Notes: generated by a model from the letters alone, not told the origin. A DNA stretch of 64,000 nt from Thermoanaerobaculia bacterium (GCA_963788175.1 CAWBFZ010000006.1:55221-119220); one strand, 5' to 3'; positions 1 to 10,730 are shown, numbered from the stretch's first letter. A program made the numbers and translations.

Positions 1-42
1 GGCTGCGGGGTCGGCATCGATTTGATACCCTCCCGCCTCGCC

Positions 43-888
43 ATGAGCCAACTCGTTCGTATCGCCCACAGCCCTGACTCCGACGATGCCTTCATGTTCT
101 ACGCCCTGACCCAGGGCCGCCTCGACATCGCCGGGCTCGAGATCCAACACGTCCTGCGCGACATCGAAACGTTGAATCGCGCTGCCTTCGATAGCACGTA
201 CGAGATCTCTGCGATCTCTTTTCACGCTTACGCCCATCTCGCCGACCGCTATGCCCTGATGCCTTCGGGCGCGAGTTTCGGGGACGGCTACGGCCCGGTC
301 GTAGTTACCAGAACCCCCCGGCGGCGGGAGGAATTTCCGGAGCTGGTGACGGCGATCCCCGGTGAGCTCACCACCGCCGCCCTCGCCCTCAAGCTCTGGC
401 AGCCCGGAGTGCGCACGGTCGTGGTGCCGTTCGACCAGATTCTGGAGGAGGTCCGGTCGGGGAGGGTCGACGCCGGCGTGGTCATTCACGAGGGCCAATT
501 GACCTACCAGCAGGAGGGGCTCGTGGCGGTCACCGACCTCGGGGCCTGGTGGAAGGAGGAGACCGGCGATCCCCTGCCGCTGGGTGGCAACGGCATCCGC
601 AAGGATCTCGACCCCGCCCACTCCCGCCGGCTCTGCCGGCTGCTCACCGAGAGCATCGCCTACGGCCTCGACCACCGGCAGGAGGCGATGGACTACGCCA
701 TGCGCTACGCGCGCGGGCTCGAAGACGACCCGGTGCGCTCGGACCGTTTCGTCGGCATGTACGTCAACGACTGGACGCGCGACTACGGCGCGGTCGGGCG
801 GCGTGCCGTGCAGCGCCTGCTCGATCGCGGCCACGACGCCGGCATCCTGCCGCAGCGCGTGATCGCGGAGTGGGTGGAATCCGACTAG
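43..888 (+). CDS. mqnD: 1,4-dihydroxy-6-naphthoate synthase (futalosine menaquinone pathway)
   Basis: N-terminal IAHSPDSDDAFMFYAL, GVVIHEGQLTY and PLPLGG motifs typical of MqnD; ATG at 43. Confidence 0.9.
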   Translation: MSQLVRIAHSPDSDDAFMFYALTQGRLDIAGLEIQHVLRDIETLNRAAFDSTYEISAISFHAYAHLADRYALMPSGASFGDGYGPVVVTRTPRRREEFPELVTAIPGELTTAALALKLWQPGVRTVVVPFDQILEEVRSGRVDAGVVIHEGQLTYQQEGLVAVTDLGAWWKEETGDPLPLGGNGIRKDLDPAHSRRLCRLLTESIAYGLDHRQEAMDYAMRYARGLEDDPVRSDRFVGMYVNDWTRDYGAVGRRAVQRLLDRGHDAGILPQRVIAEWVESD

Positions 889-890
889 GG

Positions 891-1568
891 ATGACCGTCG
901 CCGCCGTCGTCTTCGACCTCGACGGCACCCTGGTCGATTCCCGCCCCGATATCGCGACGGCGGTGAACCGCCTGCGTGCCGGGCTCGCTCTGCCACCGCT
1001 CGACCTCGAAGCGGTCGGGGGGCTGATGGGGGAGGGCTCGCGCACTCTCGTCCGGCGCGCGCTCGCCGACGCTCCGGCGGCGGTGCGGGCGGCGGCGAAC
1101 GCCGATTTCGACCGCCTCCACGCCCGCTACCTGGAGCACTACGCCGCCGTCTGTACCGTCGCGACGCGGCCCTACGACGGCGTCGAGGAGCTGCTCGCCG
1201 GCTGTACGCGACGCTGGCCGCTGGCTCTGCTCACCAACAAGCCGATCGCGATGACCCGGGCGCTGGTCGACCACTTCGGCTGGGGGACGCTCTTCCGCGC
1301 CGTCGTCGGGGGCGACAGTCTGCCGTACCGCAAGCCGGACGGGCGCGGACTGCTGGGGATCGCCGCCGGCCTGGCGGTCGCTCCGGCTGCGACGTTGCTC
1401 GTCGGCGACAGCCGGATCGACGCCGAGACGGCGCAGGCCGCCGGATCGGCGTTCGTCTGGGTGGAGTGGGGCTACGCGGCGGCAGGGGACCGCCGCGGGC
1501 TCGCCAGCGGTCTCACCGCCCGTTCGCCCGCGGCGCTCCTCGCCTGGTTCGACGCCCTCCCTCAGTAG
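891..1568 (+). CDS. HAD-family hydrolase, phosphoglycolate phosphatase-like
   Basis: FDLDGTLVDS motif I, LTNK, KP and VGDS..D motifs; ATG at 891, 2 nt after the mqnD stop. Confidence 0.85.
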   Translation: MTVAAVVFDLDGTLVDSRPDIATAVNRLRAGLALPPLDLEAVGGLMGEGSRTLVRRALADAPAAVRAAANADFDRLHARYLEHYAAVCTVATRPYDGVEELLAGCTRRWPLALLTNKPIAMTRALVDHFGWGTLFRAVVGGDSLPYRKPDGRGLLGIAAGLAVAPAATLLVGDSRIDAETAQAAGSAFVWVEWGYAAAGDRRGLASGLTARSPAALLAWFDALPQ

Positions 1569-4204
1569 GCCTTCAGGAAAGCGCTGACGCCGGCCTCCTG
1601 CTTCTCTCGCCGGCCGATGCAGATGTTGACGACGTCGAGCACGCGGTCCAGATTGTTCTGGCCGCCGGAGAGCTTCTGCACCCGCGGTCCGAAGAACGCC
1701 GCGATTTCATCGCGATGGGTGGTGTCGCAGTAGCCGATGGCCATATAGACCAGGGCGGCCGTGTACTGCTCGGGCATGGCGGCCGCGAGCGGGTCGAACG
1801 ACCGCTTCACCCACTCGTAGGCCATGGCGCGGCTGACCCGGTCGCCCGACAGACCCCAGGCGACGCCGCCGGCCTCGCGAATGTCGAACTTCCCGGAGAG
1901 CACCAGCTGCAGTCCCTTTTCGACCGCCGCCGGATCCCGGAACTGACCGAGCGCGCCGAGAATCTGGCCGCGGGTCCGACGATCCTGCTCCTTCAGCGCG
2001 GCGGCTTCGAAGCGATCGAAGAGCGCGGCGTCGCCGGTGGTCGCCGCGATGGCGAGCACCGGGCCGAGCATCTCCGGTCCGATCGCCTTCGGGTCCTCAA
2101 ACCAGGCCTCGGTCAGCCGGCGGGCCTCGGCGCGGGTCGCCGGATCGGCGGCGGTGATTCCCAGCGCGCGCTGGACGGCCGGCCGCAGGAGGGTGTCGTC
2201 GAGGCTCTCGCCGTCGCGCTTCGAAAAGCCGAGCTTCTGGCCACGGGCGCCGAAGAGGTGGACCAGGTAGCGCGCGTAGTTCGGTCGCGCGGTGTCGGCG
2301 ACCAGATTGTCGTCCACCGAAGTGGCAAGGTCGAGCACCGAGTCGAGCACCAGCCGGCTCGTGCTGCCGGTGAAGCGCGGCAGGATGCCGAGCGCAGCTT
2401 CCGGCGAGAGGTCGCCGGCGGAGAACAGGAACCGGGTGTCGTCGAGCAGCGCCATCTGCTCGGCGATCGGCAGCGTCGTCGCGGCCGCAGCGAGGCGCGC
2501 GAGGAGCGCACCGCTGTACTCCGCGACGTAGTAGCCGAAACCGCCGTGGTTGGCCTGCACCCAGTCGGGGCAGAAAGCGAGATCGGTCGACTTGGCCGCC
2601 GTGTCCACCAGGACTTTCGCCGTCGCGCTCTTGCCGCTCCCGCCGATCACCCCGTAGCGCAGCGTCACCGGCACCTGCCAGAGCTGGCTCTTCGAGACCG
2701 GCGAGCCGAGCGGTACATAGCGCCGTTGCGCGAGCGCGAGCTTGCCCTTGCCGGCTTCGCAGGTGACCGCCACCGAGACTACCGGCACGCCGGGCTGGTC
2801 GAGAAAGGTCGCGAACGACTTGGCGACTTCGGGCGCGCCTTCGGCCGCCAGGGCCGCCAGGAAGTCGTCGGAGGTGGCGTTCCCCCAGGCGTGCGTCGTC
2901 AGGTACCGCTGCACCCCCTTGCGGAAGCGCTCGGGGCCCATCCAGGTTTCGAACATCGAGAGCAGGGCGCCGCCCTTGGCGTAAGAGATGCCGTCGAAGG
3001 CGCTCTGGACGTCACCGTTATTGTGGATTGGGCGGCGCACCGGCTGGGAGGAGGCCAGGCTGTCGGCGCCCATGGCGCCGCTGCGCCGGCCGGCGTTCTC
3101 GTCCTCACCACCCCATTCGGGCTTCCACTGGGCGACGATCTTGCCGGCCATCCAGGTGGCGAAGCCTTCGTTCAGCCAGATGTCGTCCCACCACTTCATG
3201 GTGACGTAGTCGCCGAACCACATGTGGGCGTTCTCGTGCGCAGCGGTGCCGGCGTAGGCGCGCTGGCGCTCGAGGGTCTGGCGGGAGGGGTCGGCGAGGA
3301 GCAGCCGGTCGACGTAAGTGATGAGACCTGGATTCTCCATCGCGCCGAAGCCGACGGTCTGCGGAATCCCCAGATTGTCGAGCTTGCCGAACGGATACGG
3401 AATTTCGAAGTAGTCCTCGAGGGCGGCGAGCAGTGGCCCGGTGACTTCCGTCGCGTAACCGGTCATGCCCTGTTTGCCCTTGGTGACGATCATGCGAACG
3501 GGAGTCTTCGACCGGCCCCAGGTGCCGGCATCGACCACTGTGAACGGGCCGACGCCGAGCGCGACGAGGTAGGAGGGGATCGGCTTCGTGGACGCGAACT
3601 CGACCGCCTTCATGCCGTTCGCCTCCGGCCGCTCGGCGACCGCCGGCGCGTTCGAGACGGCGAGGTTGCCCTCCTTGACGTGCAGGGTGAGCTTCCAGGG
3701 GGTACGGTACGACGGTTCGTCGAAGCAGGGGAAGGCGCGGCGGGCAAAGGTCGACTCGAACTGGCTGAAGGCGTACCAGTCGCCGCCGTCCTGCTGCCGG
3801 AAGAGCCCCTCGGTCTCGACCGAGTCGAGCTTGCCGCGGTAGGCGATTGCCAGGTGGACGCCGCCCGTCGGGAGCTCGCGGCCGAAATCGAAGCCGGCGA
3901 AATCGTCGCCGCCCGCGACGACCCGCGCCGGAGACTCTTGGCCGCCAGCCGTGAGCGTCGCCGACTGGATCTCGAGGTGGCGCGCGTTCAGCCAGAGAAA
4001 GGAGGTGGCGCGCGTGAGCTCGAGGTCGATCCCGACCTTGCCGTCGAAGGTCTCCTGCTCGGGCAGGATCGTCAGGTCGACGGTCATCGAGGTCGGACGA
4101 GCGACCTCGGGCAGACGAAGCTCGGGCGGTTGCGGGTCGGCGGCCCGGCACAGGGTGGGCAGGGCGAGGGCGAGGATCAGGATTCCAGTCAGGCGTGTCT
4201 TCAA
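1562..4204 (-). CDS. Exported M1-family zinc aminopeptidase with ERAP1-like C-terminal domain
   Basis: GAMEN exopeptidase motif and HENAH-x18-E (AHENAHMWFG...WLNEGFA); N-terminal signal peptide. Confidence 0.92.
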   Translation of the reverse strand: MKTRLTGILILALALPTLCRAADPQPPELRLPEVARPTSMTVDLTILPEQETFDGKVGIDLELTRATSFLWLNARHLEIQSATLTAGGQESPARVVAGGDDFAGFDFGRELPTGGVHLAIAYRGKLDSVETEGLFRQQDGGDWYAFSQFESTFARRAFPCFDEPSYRTPWKLTLHVKEGNLAVSNAPAVAERPEANGMKAVEFASTKPIPSYLVALGVGPFTVVDAGTWGRSKTPVRMIVTKGKQGMTGYATEVTGPLLAALEDYFEIPYPFGKLDNLGIPQTVGFGAMENPGLITYVDRLLLADPSRQTLERQRAYAGTAAHENAHMWFGDYVTMKWWDDIWLNEGFATWMAGKIVAQWKPEWGGEDENAGRRSGAMGADSLASSQPVRRPIHNNGDVQSAFDGISYAKGGALLSMFETWMGPERFRKGVQRYLTTHAWGNATSDDFLAALAAEGAPEVAKSFATFLDQPGVPVVSVAVTCEAGKGKLALAQRRYVPLGSPVSKSQLWQVPVTLRYGVIGGSGKSATAKVLVDTAAKSTDLAFCPDWVQANHGGFGYYVAEYSGALLARLAAAATTLPIAEQMALLDDTRFLFSAGDLSPEAALGILPRFTGSTSRLVLDSVLDLATSVDDNLVADTARPNYARYLVHLFGARGQKLGFSKRDGESLDDTLLRPAVQRALGITAADPATRAEARRLTEAWFEDPKAIGPEMLGPVLAIAATTGDAALFDRFEAAALKEQDRRTRGQILGALGQFRDPAAVEKGLQLVLSGKFDIREAGGVAWGLSGDRVSRAMAYEWVKRSFDPLAAAMPEQYTAALVYMAIGYCDTTHRDEIAAFFGPRVQKLSGGQNNLDRVLDVVNICIGRREKQEAGVSAFLKAY

Positions 4205-4260
4205 GGGTAAGTCCTCCAGCGCGGAAGTTTCGGGAATCGAGCGAGGCTAGAGATACGTCG

Positions 4261-4668
4261 TCAGGAGCCGGAGGTTTCTCCGGCCGGGAAGCGGAAGGGC
4301 TCGGGGAAGAGGGCGCCCAGGGAGGTCTCGCGGCGCTCGCCCGCCGGATTGAAGAGCAGAATCGGCAGTTCGGGGGTGCAGAACTCGCTCATCGTTTCCC
4401 GGCAGAGCCCACAGGGGGCCGAGGGGGGCGAGCTCGAAGTGACGATTGCCACGCCGAGGAAACGCCGGTGCCCTGCGGAAACGGCGGCGGCAAAGGCCGA
4501 GCGTTCGGCGCAGAGGGTGACGCCGAAGCTGCGGTTCTCGACGTTGGCGCCTGCGAAGACGGCGCCGCTCTCGGTTTCGACCGCAGCGCCCACGGCGAAC
4601 CGGCTGTAGGGGCTGTGCGAGTGGCGTCGGGCTTCGATCGCGGCGGCGGCAAGCGGCTCCCACTTCAC
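4261..4668 (-). CDS. cdd: Cytidine deaminase (homotetrameric type)
   Basis: PYSRFAVGAA, GANVEN, CAERSA and PCGLCRE zinc motifs. Confidence 0.93.
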   Translation of the reverse strand: MKWEPLAAAAIEARRHSHSPYSRFAVGAAVETESGAVFAGANVENRSFGVTLCAERSAFAAAVSAGHRRFLGVAIVTSSSPPSAPCGLCRETMSEFCTPELPILLFNPAGERRETSLGALFPEPFRFPAGETSGS

Positions 4669-4810
4669 GAAATCAGCCTAACATCGAACCGGTTGTGCTA
4701 ATTTTCGCCCGCGCCAGACCCCAGAAAGCCCTTGTCCGGCCGAAATCCGGCGGCCGGCGGTAAACCTCCCTTCGGGCTGTGCGTATTTTCGAGGCGAGGA
4801 GCCTTCCTTC

Positions 4811-7222
4811 ATGCGAGAGCCTTACCGCAAGACCCTGACCTGGCTGGCGGTGCTCCTTTCCGGAGCCGTGCTCTGCGCCTGGGCCTTTCCGCGCGCCTTT
4901 CCGTTCTTCCCCGCCAACTGGCAGGTGTCGCGGGTCGAGGCCGAGAAGATCGCGCTCGAGGAACTGCGCGTCCTCGGGGAGCTGCCCGACGATCCTTACG
5001 TCGTGGCGCAGATGGATGACGACGCCGGGCTCGAGGTGCGGCTGCTCCAGGCCTCGCGCGACGGCCAGGCCGCCGTGGTCCGCGACTCCGGGATGGCGAA
5101 GCGTGTCCTGCTCTGGCAGGTCACGGTCTACGCCCCCGGAGCGCAGCCGCGGGACTGGGCCTACCAGGCAGAGATTGCTTTCGACGGCACGGTGCTCGCG
5201 CTGCTCAAGGGCTTCAAAGCGACCGACGCCGGCGGCACACTCAGCGACGAGGAGGCCATCGGCCGGGCGCGTGCGCTGCTCGCCGAGCGCGGCGTCGATC
5301 CCGCCAAGCTCGCGCCGCCCGAGGTGCGGAAGAAGGACCTCGAGAAGCGCACCGACCGCGTCGTGCGCTTCGCGGACCTGGTGTCGCCGCTCGCCAGCCG
5401 GCTGCGCTCCGGCATGGAGGTGACCTTCGCCGGCGACCAGCTCGCCGGGGTCGGGAGCTTTGCCGAGGACGTCCATCCGGACGAGGTCACTCAGCTCCTG
5501 CAGCCGATCGGCCTGTTCGGCAACATCGCCTTCTTCTCGACCTTTCTCGTCCTGCCCCTGGTGGCGCCGATCTTCCTCAAGCGCTATCACGAGGGCGAGC
5601 TGGGGGTCCGTCGCGGACTCCAGATCCTGCTCCTCATCCTGGGCCTGGCGGTGGTCTTCATGGCGCAGGTCTCGGCGGGAGCGACCCAGGGCAGCAATTT
5701 CGGCGTCCTCTCGCGCCAGCAGACGACCTGGGTCTGGGGCGGGCAGATGATCGTGCTCTTCTTCCTGCCGATGGCGATCGCGGCCCTCCTCTCCTGGTCG
5801 GTCGGCGAGTCGCTTTGCCGGGAGGGCTGGGGGGCGAAGCTGGCGGCATTCGACGCCCTTTTCCAGCGGCAGTGGAAGAACCGCACCGTCGCGCTGGCGT
5901 CGCTGCGGGGTTATGCCGCGGGCTTCGCGATCGCCGGCGGGATCTTCGCCTGCCTGGTGCCGCTGGCGCGCTTCGGCGGCATCGCGCCGATCTCCTATCA
6001 GTTCGGTCCGTTCTGGAATCACGCCCGCTGGCCGAGCTTCGCCCTCATTCTCTTTCTGATCATTTTCAGCCTCTATACGACGCTCTTCGGGCGGCTGTTT
6101 CTGCTCCCGTGGCTGGTGCGCAAGCTCGGCCGGGTCGCCGGCGCGACGATCGCGGCTCTGGCCACGAGCTTCGTCTTCTTCTCGCCGGTGATCGTCCTGC
6201 CACTGTCGCTGGGGACGCCGATCTGGATCCTGAACAGCCTGGCGACCGTGATCCTCTTCCTCTACGCCGATCTGCTGACCACGATCCTGGCCTCGTTCAC
6301 CTCGGCGGCGGTGCTGTCGATCTTCCCGTTCGTCTTCGCCACCGACCCGGGCCTGCAACTTCACGGCTGGATCGGTGTTCTGGCGGGCGCCGTCCCGCTG
6401 CTCCTGACCGCCCGCTACCTGGTCTCGGATCAGGTCTTCGTCTATCGCTACGAGGATGTGCCGCCGCACGTTCGCCGGATTGCCCAGCGTGAGCGCCAGC
6501 GCGTGGAGCTCGAGACGGCGCGCAACATCCAGAGCTCGATCCTGCCGCAGCTGCCGCCGCAGCTTTGTGGCGTCGAGCTCTCCCACGTCTACCTGCCGGC
6601 GACCGAGGTGGGTGGCGACTTCTACGACGTCCTGGCGCTCGAAGACGGGCGGCTGGCGGTGGCGGTCGGTGACGTCGCCGGGCACGGCGTGTCGTCGGGG
6701 CTGGTGATGTCGATGGCCAAGTCGGCGCTCGCCGTGCAGGTGACCTTCGATCCGGAGGTCGCAGCGGTCTTCACGACGCTCAACCGCATGGTCTTCCAGA
6801 GCGCCCGGAAGCGCCTGCTGGCGACCCTCTGCTATGCCTTGATCGACCCGGTGCGGCGCGAGATGCGCTTCGCCAGCGCCGGCCATCTCTTCCCCTACCG
6901 GATCTCGCGGCTCGGCAAAGTCGAAAGCCTCGAGTCGGTGGCCTACCCGCTCGGTGTCCGCGAGATCCTCGACATCGACTCGCACACCGCCAGGCTCGAT
7001 CCCGGTGACATCATCTTCCTGTGCAGCGACGGCGTCGTCGAAGCGCGCAAGGAGGGCTCGGACGAGCACTTCGGTTTCGACCGGCTCGAGGAGGTGCTCG
7101 GGAAGTTCGGCGGGCACGGCGCGAGCGTGGTGCGCGACAAAGTCCTCGCGGCCCTCGATTCCTTCACCCAGGGCGCCGAGCGGGAGGACGACCTGACGGT
7201 CCTCGTCCTGCGTATGCCCTGA
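4811..7222 (+). CDS. Multi-pass membrane PP2C/SpoIIE-family (RsbU-like) phosphatase
   Basis: Extracytoplasmic N-domain, about 10 hydrophobic segments, C-terminal ELETARNIQ...VGGDFYD...GDVAGHG...CSDGVVE...EDDLTV. Confidence 0.85.
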   Translation: MREPYRKTLTWLAVLLSGAVLCAWAFPRAFPFFPANWQVSRVEAEKIALEELRVLGELPDDPYVVAQMDDDAGLEVRLLQASRDGQAAVVRDSGMAKRVLLWQVTVYAPGAQPRDWAYQAEIAFDGTVLALLKGFKATDAGGTLSDEEAIGRARALLAERGVDPAKLAPPEVRKKDLEKRTDRVVRFADLVSPLASRLRSGMEVTFAGDQLAGVGSFAEDVHPDEVTQLLQPIGLFGNIAFFSTFLVLPLVAPIFLKRYHEGELGVRRGLQILLLILGLAVVFMAQVSAGATQGSNFGVLSRQQTTWVWGGQMIVLFFLPMAIAALLSWSVGESLCREGWGAKLAAFDALFQRQWKNRTVALASLRGYAAGFAIAGGIFACLVPLARFGGIAPISYQFGPFWNHARWPSFALILFLIIFSLYTTLFGRLFLLPWLVRKLGRVAGATIAALATSFVFFSPVIVLPLSLGTPIWILNSLATVILFLYADLLTTILASFTSAAVLSIFPFVFATDPGLQLHGWIGVLAGAVPLLLTARYLVSDQVFVYRYEDVPPHVRRIAQRERQRVELETARNIQSSILPQLPPQLCGVELSHVYLPATEVGGDFYDVLALEDGRLAVAVGDVAGHGVSSGLVMSMAKSALAVQVTFDPEVAAVFTTLNRMVFQSARKRLLATLCYALIDPVRREMRFASAGHLFPYRISRLGKVESLESVAYPLGVREILDIDSHTARLDPGDIIFLCSDGVVEARKEGSDEHFGFDRLEEVLGKFGGHGASVVRDKVLAALDSFTQGAEREDDLTVLVLRMP

Positions 7223-7227
7223 CCTTT

Positions 7228-7264
7228 GGGGTGGCCGTGGGTGGGGTGGGCGGTGGGATAGAAT
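7228..7264 (+). promoter_or_regulatory. G-run tract followed by a TAGAAT -10-like hexamer upstream of sucC
   Basis: GGGGTGGCCGTGGGTGGGGTGGGCGGTGGG at 7228-7257, TAGAAT at 7259-7264, AGGAG before the GTG at 7302. Confidence 0.4.
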
Positions 7265-7301
7265 CTGCTTGCAGTTCAGCAGCTTCCCATAGGAGCCCAA
7301 C

Positions 7302-8471
7302 GTGAAGATCCACGAGTATCAGGCGAAGGAAATCCTCCGCCGCTACGGTGTCGCGACGCCGCGCGGCAAGGTGATCGAAGATCCGGGCGAAGCCAAGGCG
7401 ATCTGCGAGGAGATGGGCGGGAAATGCGTCGTCAAGGCGCAGATCCATGCCGGCGGACGCGGCAAGGGCGGCGGCGTGAAGGTCGTTCAGAGCCCGGCCG
7501 AGGCCGTCGCGGCGGCCACCCGTATCCTCGGCATGCAGCTCGTCACCCACCAGACCGGCCCGGAAGGCCAGAAGGTGCGCAAAGTCCTCATCGAAGAGGC
7601 CGCCGACATCGCCCAGGAGCTCTACGTCGCGGTGACCCTGGACCGCCAGTCGGGACGGCCGGTGGTCATCTCCTCGCCGTTCGGCGGCATGGACATCGAG
7701 GCCGTCGCCGCCAAGACTCCGGAGGCGATCCATCGCGAGGAAGTCGATCCGCAGATCGGCCTGGTGCCGTTCCAGGCGCGGCGAGTGGCGCGCGGCCTGG
7801 GCTTGAAGGGTGACGTCGCGGCGCGCGCCGCCAAGCTGGTGAGCGCGCTGGTCGCCGCCTACCTCGACACCGACGCCTCGCTCGCCGAGGTCAATCCGCT
7901 GATGATCACTGGCCAGGGCGAGGTCATGGCGCTCGACGCCAAGATGAACTTCGACGACAACGCCCTCTTCCGCCACAAGGACATCGTCGCCATGCGCGAC
8001 CTTGCCGAAGAGAACGCGCTCGAAGTCGAAGCCTCGCGGTTCAATCTCAACTACATCAAGCTCGACGGCGAGATCGGCTGCATGGTGAACGGCGCCGGTC
8101 TGGCGATGGCGACGATGGACATCATCCAGCTCGAAGGCTCGTCGCCGGCGAACTTCCTCGACGTCGGCGGCTCGGCGTCGCAGGAGGCGGTGGCCAACGC
8201 CTTCCGCATCCTGATCGCGGATCCGGACACCAAGGCGGTGCTGATCAACATCTTCGGTGGCATCGCGCGCACCGACCGGATCGCGAGCGGTGTCGTCGAA
8301 GCGCTGCGCGGCCTGGGCGGAGTCAAGATCCCCGTGGTCGTGCGGCTCGAGGGCACCAACGTCGAACAGGGCAGGGCGATTCTGCGGGAGAGCGAGTTCC
8401 ACTTCCTGGTCGCCGATACGATGGCCGACGCGGCGAAGAAGGTCGTCGCGTCGATTCAGGGAGGTGCGTGA
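7302..8471 (+). CDS. sucC: Succinyl-CoA synthetase beta subunit
   Basis: [43 protein letters not shown]. Confidence 0.97.
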   Translation: MKIHEYQAKEILRRYGVATPRGKVIEDPGEAKAICEEMGGKCVVKAQIHAGGRGKGGGVKVVQSPAEAVAAATRILGMQLVTHQTGPEGQKVRKVLIEEAADIAQELYVAVTLDRQSGRPVVISSPFGGMDIEAVAAKTPEAIHREEVDPQIGLVPFQARRVARGLGLKGDVAARAAKLVSALVAAYLDTDASLAEVNPLMITGQGEVMALDAKMNFDDNALFRHKDIVAMRDLAEENALEVEASRFNLNYIKLDGEIGCMVNGAGLAMATMDIIQLEGSSPANFLDVGGSASQEAVANAFRILIADPDTKAVLINIFGGIARTDRIASGVVEALRGLGGVKIPVVVRLEGTNVEQGRAILRESEFHFLVADTMADAAKKVVASIQGGA

Positions 8472-9349
8472 TGGCGATCTGGCTCAACAGGGAGACGCGC
8501 CTCGTCGTGCAGGGGATCACCGGCAAGGAGGGCAAGTTCCACGCCCTCGGCTGCCGCGACTACGGCACGCAGGTGGTCGCCGGCGTCACCCCCGGCAAGG
8601 GCGGGGAGATGGTCGAAGGGATTCCGGTCTTCGATTCGGTGGAAGAGGCCCGGGCGGCAACCGGAGCCAACGCCGCGATGGTCTTCGTGCCGCCGCCCTT
8701 CGCGGCCGACGCCATCATGGAGGCGGCCGATGCCGGCATCGAGCTCGTGGTGGCGATTACCGAGGGCATCCCGGTCAACGACATGATCCGCGCCAAGGCC
8801 TTCCTGCGCGGCAAGCCCCGGACCCGTCTCATCGGACCGAACTGCCCCGGCATCATCAGCCCCGGGCAGGCGAAGATCGGCATCATGCCGGGGCACATCC
8901 ACCGTCCCGGCCGGGTCGGCGTGGTGTCGCGCTCGGGAACGCTCACCTACGAGGCGGTCTGGCAGTTGACCGGCCTGGGGCTCGGGCAGTCGACCTGCGT
9001 CGGCATCGGCGGCGATCCGATCAACGGCACGAACTTCCTCGACGTCATGCAGGCGTTCCGCGACGACAAGGAGACCGACGCCGTCATCCTGATCGGCGAG
9101 ATCGGCGGCAGCGCCGAAGAGGAGGCCGCAGCCTGGATCCAGGCGAACTACGACCGCCCGGTGGTCGGCTTCATCGCCGGCCGCACGGCGCCGCCCGGAC
9201 GCCGCATGGGTCACGCAGGCGCCATCGTGGCGGGAGGCAAGGGCACCGCCGCGGCCAAGATGGAGGCGATGACCGCCGCCGGCATCCACGTCTGCGAGTC
9301 ACCGGCCGATCTCGGCGCCACGGTGGCACGGGCGCTCGGGAAGCCCTGA
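8471..9349 (+). CDS. sucD: Succinyl-CoA synthetase alpha subunit
   Basis: [31 protein letters not shown] phospho-His motif. Confidence 0.97.
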   Translation: MAIWLNRETRLVVQGITGKEGKFHALGCRDYGTQVVAGVTPGKGGEMVEGIPVFDSVEEARAATGANAAMVFVPPPFAADAIMEAADAGIELVVAITEGIPVNDMIRAKAFLRGKPRTRLIGPNCPGIISPGQAKIGIMPGHIHRPGRVGVVSRSGTLTYEAVWQLTGLGLGQSTCVGIGGDPINGTNFLDVMQAFRDDKETDAVILIGEIGGSAEEEAAAWIQANYDRPVVGFIAGRTAPPGRRMGHAGAIVAGGKGTAAAKMEAMTAAGIHVCESPADLGATVARALGKP

Positions 9350-9384
9350 CTCGCGATGCCGGAGCGCCGCGCGGTGATTGAAAA

Positions 9385-10062
9385 GTGAGGGGCTGGCTGG
9401 CGCTCCTCGGCGGCGGAGAGTTCACTTTCGGCGAAACCGAAGAGGCCGATCGCGCCTGGCTGGAGAAGTGTCCGGCCGGGCCAATCGGTTTCGTGCCGGC
9501 GGCCTCGGGCTCGATCGACTACGGCAAGCACTTCACGGCGTACATGAAAGAGGCGTTCGAGCGCGAGGTGGAGGTCATCCCGGTCTATCGCGATCGCGAC
9601 GCGCGCCGGGGCAGGAACTGCGAGCGGATTCGGGACTGCGCCGCGGTCTATCTGGGCGGTGGCGTCGCCGACCACCTGATCGAGGCGCTCGCTGGCTCGC
9701 CGGCGAGCGCCGCGCTCGCGGCGAAGCTCGAGAACGGGGGAGTCGTCGTGGCGATCGCTGCGGCCGCCCAGGCTTGCGGCGTCGAGGTGCGCAGCGTCCT
9801 CGGCGGCCGGCTCATTCCCGGTCTCGGCCTCTTGCCGGGAGCCGTCGTCGAGACCAACTTCGATCCCGGCCACGACCGCCGGCTGCGCAAGCTCCTCGAA
9901 GGAGCGAGCGAGTCGTTCGGCCTCGGCATCCCGGCAGAGGGAGCGATCCTCCTCGGCCCGGAGGGCACCTTCGAGGCGGTCGGCACGGTTTTTCGCCTCA
10001 GCGGGCCCGAAGCCGACCTCGAGCCGCTGGTCGACGAGACCCCCGCAGCCGACGCCGATTGA
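9385..10062 (+). CDS. Peptidase S51/cyanophycinase-like protein (class I GATase fold), probably inactive
   Basis: LLGGGE, FVPAAS, YLGGG, GLGLLPGAVVETNF and FGLGIPAEGA pattern; the nucleophile-elbow G-x-S-A-G reads A-I-A-A-A. Confidence 0.65.
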   Translation: MRGWLALLGGGEFTFGETEEADRAWLEKCPAGPIGFVPAASGSIDYGKHFTAYMKEAFEREVEVIPVYRDRDARRGRNCERIRDCAAVYLGGGVADHLIEALAGSPASAALAAKLENGGVVVAIAAAAQACGVEVRSVLGGRLIPGLGLLPGAVVETNFDPGHDRRLRKLLEGASESFGLGIPAEGAILLGPEGTFEAVGTVFRLSGPEADLEPLVDETPAADAD

Positions 10063-10116
10063 CTGCAATCATCCTGGGCGCTCTCGCTGCCGTAGAGCGA
10101 GACAGAGGAGAACGTC

Positions 10117-10659
10117 ATGAAAAGAGCAGTACTTGGAGCCACAGTGGCAATTGCGATCGGAGGTCTCATGTTCTTCAACTTCGGTGCCAAGGCCGACGAG
10201 CTCGCGGACGGGGCGAAGCTGCCGGCGGTCACGGTCAACGATCAGGATGGCCGCGCCGTCGATCTCGCGGCCGCGGGCAGCCAGGGCTGGACTCTGGTCT
10301 ACTTCTACCCCAAGGCCGACACCCCGGGCTGTACCAAGCAGGCCTGCAGCATCCGGGACTCGTACGCCTCGCTCACCGGCAAGGGGATCCGGGTCTACGG
10401 CGTCTCGACCGACGACGAAAAGGCCCAGAAGGCGTTTCGGGAGAAGTACCAGCTGCCGTTCACGCTGCTCGCTGACAAGGACAAGAAGGTGCTCGCGGCG
10501 TTCGGCGTCCCGGCGACAATGGGCTTCGCCAAGCGCCAGGCCTACCTGTTCCGCGACGGCGTTCTCGTCTGGCGGGATCTCGAAGCGGCGACTTCGGCGC
10601 AGGCCGCCGATGTGCTCGCCGCGATCCAGGAGCTCGAGGGCAAGGCCGCCGGCAGTTAG
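10117..10659 (+). CDS. bcp: Peroxiredoxin, Bcp/PrxQ family, with N-terminal hydrophobic segment
   Basis: YFYPKADTPGCTKQAC motif. Confidence 0.88.
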   Translation: MKRAVLGATVAIAIGGLMFFNFGAKADELADGAKLPAVTVNDQDGRAVDLAAAGSQGWTLVYFYPKADTPGCTKQACSIRDSYASLTGKGIRVYGVSTDDEKAQKAFREKYQLPFTLLADKDKKVLAAFGVPATMGFAKRQAYLFRDGVLVWRDLEAATSAQAADVLAAIQELEGKAAGS

Positions 10660-10730
10660 CGCCCGTCCGCGGGTGCGAGTCGAAAGTGTTTCACTTCAAC
10701 GGAGTTCCATTCAATCTGGAGGCTGCACGC

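Noticed and set aside
1466-4210. Long antisense or alternative-frame ORFs (e.g. 1466..4210, 4673..7300, 41185..45168, 53345..56641, 28846..32010)
   Set aside because: Shadow ORFs of high-GC coding sequence; Arg/Gly/Ala-rich with no motifs, and they overlap well-supported genes.
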